Below, in pieces: positions 57,934 through 64,000 of a stretch of 64,000 bases of DNA (the stretch's first letter is position 1; every line of letters starts with the position of its first letter). A program made the position numbers and the translations under genes. This DNA comes from a virus. Taxonomy: Duplodnaviria; Heunggongvirae; Uroviricota; Caudoviricetes. The notes under the pieces are model-generated. The model saw only the letters and a program-made list of their open reading frames with translations, was not told the origin of the DNA and ran no database searches. The DNA is taken from IMG/VR virus record IMGVR_UViG_3300028888_000044, positions 32,001 to 96,000 of that record; one strand, given 5' to 3'.

Positions 57934-57954
57934 TGATTCCAAAAAAATAGTTTT

Positions 57955-58416
57955 ATGGACAAACCAATATTAGGTAAAAACGTATCTTTAATAGATAGCC
58001 CAAATTTCGGGTCTGAACCTTATCTCATAAAGATTGGTGACAACACTACCATAAGTTTCGGATGCAGCTTTGTCACTCACGATGGTGCTACAAGGGTTGT
58101 TAGGAACATAAAGGGCCAAAACCCACAAACAGTAATCTACGGACCAATTGTAATTGGCAAGAACTGTTTTGTAGGATGCAATTCTACCATTCTGCAAAAC
58201 GTGCACATAGGTGACAACACAATAATTGGTGCTTGCAGCCTTGTTGACAAGGACATCCCAAGCAATGTTGTTGCGGCTGGTGTACCTTGCAAGGTTATAT
58301 GCACGTTGGACGAGTATATCAATAAGCACAAGGACGAGTTCGAATATATGGTGAAGATGCCATATGAGGAAAAGAAGAAATATCTGCTTAAGAAATTTCA
58401 GAACGACTTGAAATGA
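57955..58416 (+). CDS. hexapeptide-repeat sugar O-acyltransferase
   Basis: IKIGDN, VTHD, IGKNCFVG, IGACSLV, AAGVPCKVI. Confidence 0.88.
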   Translation: MDKPILGKNVSLIDSPNFGSEPYLIKIGDNTTISFGCSFVTHDGATRVVRNIKGQNPQTVIYGPIVIGKNCFVGCNSTILQNVHIGDNTIIGACSLVDKDIPSNVVAAGVPCKVICTLDEYINKHKDEFEYMVKMPYEEKKKYLLKKFQNDLK

Positions 58417-58499
58417 TAAAAAAAAAAGAAGTGAAATTAAATCACTTCTTTTTTTTATTTGCCATCAATTTTTAGTATGAATCATTCACATAGTTTCTT

Positions 58500-58790
58500 T
58501 TATAGACCCATATGTTGTTTCTTTCTGTCATTGAGTCTACGCTCCACTTCTCTAACATATTGACACCATTCGTCATATCCCATTAAATTCCCAAATTCTG
58601 TAAGAATAGCCATTGGGCTATATGCTTGTAGTAATTGAGACATAATTCTCATGCATTCGTTATGTTCACCATTGTCAACTGATTCACTACCCATATTTCC
58701 ATCGAAATAAGATTCTTTCATTATTCTTTTTACACTATTCTTTACTATTCTGTGTAAATCATTTTCTGTTAGTCTTACAATTTTCTTCAT
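58500..58790 (-). CDS. RLTEND-leader protein
   Basis: MKKIVRLTENDLHRIVKNSVKRIMKES; late motif at 58810. Confidence 0.75.
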   Translation of the reverse strand: MKKIVRLTENDLHRIVKNSVKRIMKESYFDGNMGSESVDNGEHNECMRIMSQLLQAYSPMAILTEFGNLMGYDEWCQYVREVERRLNDRKKQHMGL

Positions 58791-58825
58791 ATTATTTAGT
58801 ATTTTAAATATAAATATTTTTTTTT

Positions 58826-59317
58826 TCAAAAATCAATATAGTCATTGAAAAAGAAATCATCGATTACGCCCAATTTTAGTGCATATCTGTATGCCGTATT
58901 GTTTCCTTTGGAGAATTCTGTCTTTGTATTGTATTTCAATGCCTCTTGCTCAATGTTCTTGTATATGTTCCAATATCCCTTCTTGTGCTGTTTCCTTATC
59001 ACAAGCCAATCCATATCATCAATGTAGCCGTACTTGTATGCAGCAAAGAACGCGCTCAAGTTTCCTTTCTTGAACTCTTCCTTTGTTGAATACTTCCTTG
59101 CCTCTTCCATTATGTTTTCCTTGTTCTTCCAATATCCGTGAGGATGATTCGTGTTTTCTTGTGTGTCAAGCCAAGTCATTTCATCAATCCACTTGTTTCT
59201 TTTGGCAGAGTCATATGCCCTACGTGACATTCTGTTGAATTCAGTCCTTGACGAATATTTCTTCGATTCATTAATCACGTTTTCCTTATTTTTCCAATGA
59301 TTCTTTTCGTGCCTCAT
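58826..59317 (-). CDS. homing-endonuclease-type repeat protein without nuclease domain
   Basis: 3 x W..KEN...E..KY....EF......A...A.....ID. Confidence 0.55.
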   Translation of the reverse strand: MRHEKNHWKNKENVINESKKYSSRTEFNRMSRRAYDSAKRNKWIDEMTWLDTQENTNHPHGYWKNKENIMEEARKYSTKEEFKKGNLSAFFAAYKYGYIDDMDWLVIRKQHKKGYWNIYKNIEQEALKYNTKTEFSKGNNTAYRYALKLGVIDDFFFNDYIDF

Positions 59318-59423
59318 AAAATTGGTGTCTTTATAACAATAAGTACAATTCAAAAAGGAAATAAACGATAATTTTCTGATATTTATTTGTAAAAAATAAT
59401 TAATAAAGAAAAATAAATCAAAT

Positions 59424-61499
59424 ATGCGTGGGTTGTTTTTTTATAAATTAGTAAGCCCTTATCGAGAGGACATAACAAAGGATTGTAAATTGACAATAAA
59501 TGAGATAGACAGCAACTTTATCACATTGAAGGATGCTGACATCAAGTCATTTACATTTGACGAGAATACGAACAAGCTCATACTTACAAGGAACAGTAAG
59601 GATGAGCAACCCCTTGTTGCCGATTTATCTCCTTTGGCCGAAGGTGTCGTGCACAATCTATATGTTGCATATGATAAGGAAAAGGGTGAGATAAAGATAA
59701 CTTGGGATGACAATGTGGCTATCATTGACGGTCTTATCACAAAGAAGAACGTTGGTACATATATGCTCACTCACGTCAATTCAGATTCTACGCTTGTTGG
59801 TTTGGGAACGGAGCATTGTCCACTTGGAATCAACGTTGTTGATAGAACTGGAGTTTATAGACCTTGCATCAAGTATTTGAACATTGCTGGTGGAGAATTT
59901 CTTCCAAAGCCTTGTGATGTTGAGAAGGGTGACAGATATGTCACTAGGGAATGTGTTAGCGAATATGGCTATCTTTATGACTACAAGGCAGTACAAGCAA
60001 TCAATGAGGACTTGAAGTTCGGTTGGAGGGTTCCAACAAAGGAGGATTGGGACGGTATGTTGAATGCTGTTGAACCTTGTGAATGTGATAGAAACCATGC
60101 TAGCACTGTATGCAACAAGGAATTTGGTAGATGTGCTGGTAAGGTTCTTAAGTCAATGTCCGATTGGGATGAATGCGAAAGTGGTGACTGCGGATGTATA
60201 TCATCTGAAGACCGTTGCAGATGCAAGAAGGAGGATTTATTTGAACCAGTTGATGATAATTGCTACCACTACAACAAGAGGGATGGCAACTGCTTCGAAT
60301 TCCATCCAAAGAGGAAGCCATGTGACTCAAAGGGACTTGACAAATTCGGTTTGAAATTACTTCCAGCAGGTTATGGTGATGGTTGTGAATTGAAGAATTA
60401 TTTGGGCAAGAGAGGTTCTTTTTGGACAAGTACGGCAATCAATAACACTGATGTGTACGCAAAGAGATTCGACTATGACAAGAGCGGAGTTGTTCAAGTT
60501 GCAGCAGCACCACATGCCATTATGAGCATAAGGCTCGTAAAGGATTATGACGGTTCAAACTTCCACGAGGTTGAATATATCAACGGTAGTGTTTTCCGTT
60601 GCATATTGATGCCATCTCTTACAGCAAAGAGCGGTTACTTGATTTGGACAATAAATAACGTTGCATTCGATGACCCAAGATATTGCCCACAAGAGATTGA
60701 TATTGTTGATTATGCATTCAATATCCAATTGTTTACAACAGAATGGAACGGTTTCTTCTGGGTTAAGAAACGTCTTGAAGAGGGTGAATGTGTTGTATTG
60801 TTTGACGGTTTGGAAGATGATGAATATTCTTTATATATGGTAAAGAATGGTGAGCTTGTATCAGTAGCTAGTCAAATTTACGAAGATATATATGAGAAGT
60901 TTGAGCAATTCATACAAGAAATCAACGGCAGACTTGATGAAGAGATTGAGACAAGACAAGCATCTGATGAAGTGTTCAGTGGGGCAATAGAAGACCTTAG
61001 AAGCATTATCGAAAGCGGTACAAGCGAGATAACTTCGGCAATTACAGAGTTGAGCGGTACTGTTGATGAAATTATTGACCAAATATCTGGTATTACAGAT
61101 GAAATTGACACATTGAGCGGAGATGTCGCAACTTTGCAAGAAGAGCTTTCTGGTGAAACAGAAGCGCGTCAAGCAGCAGATGAGGCATTGAGCGGCGCAA
61201 TTGAAGACCTTTCGAGCGATGTTCAAGAAATAGCTTCTGAAGTAGAAGCACTTGGTGGTGCGCTTGAAACTGAAATAAGCGACCGTCAAGCAGCAGATGA
61301 GGCATTGAGCGGAGCTATTGAGGACGTATCAAGCGAATTGGCAGAAGAGATTGAACGTGCAAAGGAGAGGGAAGATGATATTGAAAGTAGACTTATTAGT
61401 CGCGGAGAATATAATTCTGAAAGTGGAGTTCTTACTTTATTTAAGGAATCAGAAGAAACCATTGAGGTTCAATTCAATGGAAATTATGGAACTTTTTAA
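59424..61499 (+). CDS. fibre protein with FISUMP (Fib_succ_major)-like domain and coiled coil
   Basis: YGYLYDY, GWRVPTKEDW, GKVLKS, LLPAGY, FWTST, SIRLVKD; E..ARQAADEALSGAI repeats. Confidence 0.75.
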   Translation: MRGLFFYKLVSPYREDITKDCKLTINEIDSNFITLKDADIKSFTFDENTNKLILTRNSKDEQPLVADLSPLAEGVVHNLYVAYDKEKGEIKITWDDNVAIIDGLITKKNVGTYMLTHVNSDSTLVGLGTEHCPLGINVVDRTGVYRPCIKYLNIAGGEFLPKPCDVEKGDRYVTRECVSEYGYLYDYKAVQAINEDLKFGWRVPTKEDWDGMLNAVEPCECDRNHASTVCNKEFGRCAGKVLKSMSDWDECESGDCGCISSEDRCRCKKEDLFEPVDDNCYHYNKRDGNCFEFHPKRKPCDSKGLDKFGLKLLPAGYGDGCELKNYLGKRGSFWTSTAINNTDVYAKRFDYDKSGVVQVAAAPHAIMSIRLVKDYDGSNFHEVEYINGSVFRCILMPSLTAKSGYLIWTINNVAFDDPRYCPQEIDIVDYAFNIQLFTTEWNGFFWVKKRLEEGECVVLFDGLEDDEYSLYMVKNGELVSVASQIYEDIYEKFEQFIQEINGRLDEEIETRQASDEVFSGAIEDLRSIIESGTSEITSAITELSGTVDEIIDQISGITDEIDTLSGDVATLQEELSGETEARQAADEALSGAIEDLSSDVQEIASEVEALGGALETEISDRQAADEALSGAIEDVSSELAEEIERAKEREDDIESRLISRGEYNSESGVLTLFKESEETIEVQFNGNYGTF

Positions 61500-61532
61500 A
61501 TTAATTTGATAAAATAAAAAAATAGTAATATA

Positions 61533-64000
61533 ATGGAACAAGCAAGTAAGAATAGGTTACAATTTGTACACCATGACGAATGTTTCCAAACAAGGGAAGA
61601 GGCAATAGCATATATCGAGAACGGTCAGACACTTGACCGTCCAACACTTTATGCAGAGCCAATGGTGCTCAAATACGGTGATTCAGCTAATCCAAACATC
61701 ATATTGGCAATCGGTTCAGTAGGAAACGGTGTGGCAAGTACTGCAAACAGGACTTTCTATATCGATTCGGCAGACATCGAAGGCTCAATACAAGAACTTG
61801 CTGAAAGGGTAGATGCTGACGAGCAAGCAATCGATGCTATAAGCGGTATGGTGTCCAACGTAATGGCAAGTTGCGGTTTGAAGGAAGATGGTACACTTTC
61901 ACCATTCGAAAATGTAATCATTGACGATAGCGGCTCATTGGCAGAAGCTGTAGAGACATTGGCAGATTATGTCAAGGGAATGGAAGAAAGACTGACCATC
62001 ACAGTAGAAGATACAAATACGGTTGACTTGGCACTTGAAAACGGCAAACTCACAGCCGATTCGGTGTTTCCAACCAAGTTCTCTTTCGATGGTAGGGTTT
62101 TCCTTACAAATCAGCTAAACAAGGAGGATGTCGAGGGTAACAAGAGCGGACATTTCATCAATGTTGACCTTGCATATGAAGGAAACGGAGAGCCATTGCA
62201 GCTTGTAGTCAATGGTGATATTGTAAAGGAAATACCAATACCAGAGGAAATACACGTTATATCTGGTACTTATGACCAATTCAAGGAGGCTCTTGTGATT
62301 TCATTGTCTGATAACAGTAAGATTGAAATCAGCCTTGAGAGATTGGCAGCAGAATTGAGGGTTATCACACCAAGAACATCACCAGTTGAACTTAAGATTG
62401 AAAGGGTCGGTCCAACAACAGTGGATGGACAAGACGAGTACAAGAGCATCTTGTCAACCAAGGTGTATGTATCAAGTGATGCAGACAACATCATTGAAAT
62501 ACAAGACGATGGTGAATCAGATGCAAGATTGTACGTTAAGGGTACAGCAGACAATATAAAGTACAAGAACGGTACTGTGGATGATGCGTTGAATTCGCTT
62601 GAATCAGCAGTAAGCAACGAGACAGACCGTGCGATTGAAGCAGAAGAAGCACTTGAAGCAAAGATTGCAAGCTTGAGTGGTTCAACAGAAGGTTTGCAAG
62701 AACAGCTTGACAATGAATCTGTTGAAAGACAAGAGTCTGATTCTGAATTGAACCAGAAGATTGATGCTGTGAGCGGATATGCAAATGCAATAAGCGGACA
62801 AGTTCATTCAAAGGAATATGAAATCAAGGAGTTGATTAGAGAGACAAGCGGTGATTTGCAGTCTAATATAGACGCAGTAGACAAGCATCGTACATTGAAG
62901 ATTGAACAGATTGGCTCTGAAAACCTCAAGCTTTTGGTCGATGATTCAACTCCAAATGCGACATATCTAAACGGTTATGTTAAGGTTCTTGATTCGAACG
63001 ACAACATCATCGAGGGTGGCAATAGCATTGTCGGTGGAGCATTGTACGCAACAGCAAAGATGAGCTATTCACCAAAGCTAAATGCAATCACTTTTGAGAC
63101 AAGCGGACCAAGACAAGGCAACATCTCTACATTCTACCTTAACAATGCCGACCTTAGCTATGATACAGCAACAAATGAATTGACATATACATATACTATT
63201 GCTGGTTCATTAAGCGGTTCCACAATGGCATCAAAGACTTGGAAACTTAATTCGTTCGGTGTTGTTGACCATATCGACTACAACCAAGAATTGGAGCAGC
63301 TTGAGATTTACTACAAGGATGCTGGTGGTGATATGCAGAAGATTGAAGTACCAGTTGGAGACTTGTTCAACGAGCTTACAGTTGAAGATACCAATACAGT
63401 CAACTTGACCAAAGAGAGAAGGGTTGATGGTAGTGATTTATTGTCAGCAGATGTAAACATAAGTCATAATGAAGGTAATATGCTTTCTGCAAGAAATGAC
63501 GGTTTGTACGTACCATCAAGTGGTATCACTGCAAATGCAGCAGCAATTGCTGAATTGAGCGGTAAGACCACTGAAAACACAAGCAACATTTCTGAACTTT
63601 CTGCGACAGTTGCTACACACGAAAGCAGAATAGAGACTCTTGAAGCCAATTCTTCAGCAGCCGAAAGCGAAATAGAGGATTTGTCAGAAAGAGTTGCTTC
63701 GGCAGAATCAAGGCTTGACACATTGCAAGGCAATGCAATGGTCGAAGGCTCTGTTGCAAAGTCTGTAGCAGATGCCTTGGCAGAAGCAAAGGGCTATACT
63801 GACGAGAAGGTTGATGCAGTGACACTCGAAGGTTCAAGTGCAATCACAGTTGATTATTCAACCAAGACAGTAAGCCTTAAAATCAATGCCGACTTGAACA
63901 GCGAAGGCTATTTGAAGTCAAGTGATAATGGTATATATGTTAGCGGTATCAATGATGCAGTTTCGGCTGCAATAAGCGGCAAGGCTGATGTTGACAGCGT
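61533..64000 (+). CDS. large tail fibre-like protein (runs off the window end)
   Basis: MEQASKNRLQFVHH...; no stop seen before the end; VEDTNTV repeats and coiled coils. Confidence 0.75.
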   Translation, partial: MEQASKNRLQFVHHDECFQTREEAIAYIENGQTLDRPTLYAEPMVLKYGDSANPNIILAIGSVGNGVASTANRTFYIDSADIEGSIQELAERVDADEQAIDAISGMVSNVMASCGLKEDGTLSPFENVIIDDSGSLAEAVETLADYVKGMEERLTITVEDTNTVDLALENGKLTADSVFPTKFSFDGRVFLTNQLNKEDVEGNKSGHFINVDLAYEGNGEPLQLVVNGDIVKEIPIPEEIHVISGTYDQFKEALVISLSDNSKIEISLERLAAELRVITPRTSPVELKIERVGPTTVDGQDEYKSILSTKVYVSSDADNIIEIQDDGESDARLYVKGTADNIKYKNGTVDDALNSLESAVSNETDRAIEAEEALEAKIASLSGSTEGLQEQLDNESVERQESDSELNQKIDAVSGYANAISGQVHSKEYEIKELIRETSGDLQSNIDAVDKHRTLKIEQIGSENLKLLVDDSTPNATYLNGYVKVLDSNDNIIEGGNSIVGGALYATAKMSYSPKLNAITFETSGPRQGNISTFYLNNADLSYDTATNELTYTYTIAGSLSGSTMASKTWKLNSFGVVDHIDYNQELEQLEIYYKDAGGDMQKIEVPVGDLFNELTVEDTNTVNLTKERRVDGSDLLSADVNISHNEGNMLSARNDGLYVPSSGITANAAAIAELSGKTTENTSNISELSATVATHESRIETLEANSSAAESEIEDLSERVASAESRLDTLQGNAMVEGSVAKSVADALAEAKGYTDEKVDAVTLEGSSAITVDYSTKTVSLKINADLNSEGYLKSSDNGIYVSGINDAVSAAISGKADVDS

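Noticed and set aside
59900-60560. DGR acting on the FISUMP-like domain
   Set aside because: No RT or template repeat is in the window, and the domain is internal to the protein.
1-64000. Stop-codon reassignment (TAG or TGA) as in some gut jumbo phages
   Set aside because: Core genes are uninterrupted in code 11, and TAG (13789, 14545, 34935) and TGA end genes at sensible positions.
1-64000. tRNA/rRNA genes and the many short antisense ORFs in the track
   Set aside because: No cloverleaf or rRNA-like sequence was recognised; the antisense ORFs are shadows of real genes.

Overview
This window is part of an AT-rich, T4-superfamily-like jumbo phage genome that uses the standard genetic code. 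The host is probably Bacteroidota, because two textbook TTTG-N20-TANNTTTG promoters are present. Head genes are scattered: terminase large subunit, portal, acidic scaffold/core proteins and major capsid protein. The window also holds a gp55-like late sigma factor, a gp5/gpV-like baseplate spike and fibre proteins. Accessory genes include a 9-kb adhesin cassette (BspA-type LRR, MucBP), five glycosyltransferases, MetK, GMP reductase/IMPDH, dUTPase, a DNA methyltransferase, a lysozyme, a protein tyrosine phosphatase and homing-endonuclease genes. The most notable signals are: (1) a riboswitch-like kissing-loop RNA whose alternative fold sequesters the AUG of the late sigma factor; (2) an orphan TnpB omega-RNA-like remnant just after the same gene; (3) a probable -1 frameshift at A AAA AAG in an acidic head protein; (4) a reusable late-promoter plus 'RLTENDLHRIVK' leader fused to unrelated payloads, with related Glu-motif leaders on ART-like, WYL and SAM-lyase-like proteins; (5) a TATTTAT late-promoter motif that is the reverse complement of T4's; and (6) apparent GATC avoidance. 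All family calls come from motif recognition by eye; no database searches were run.
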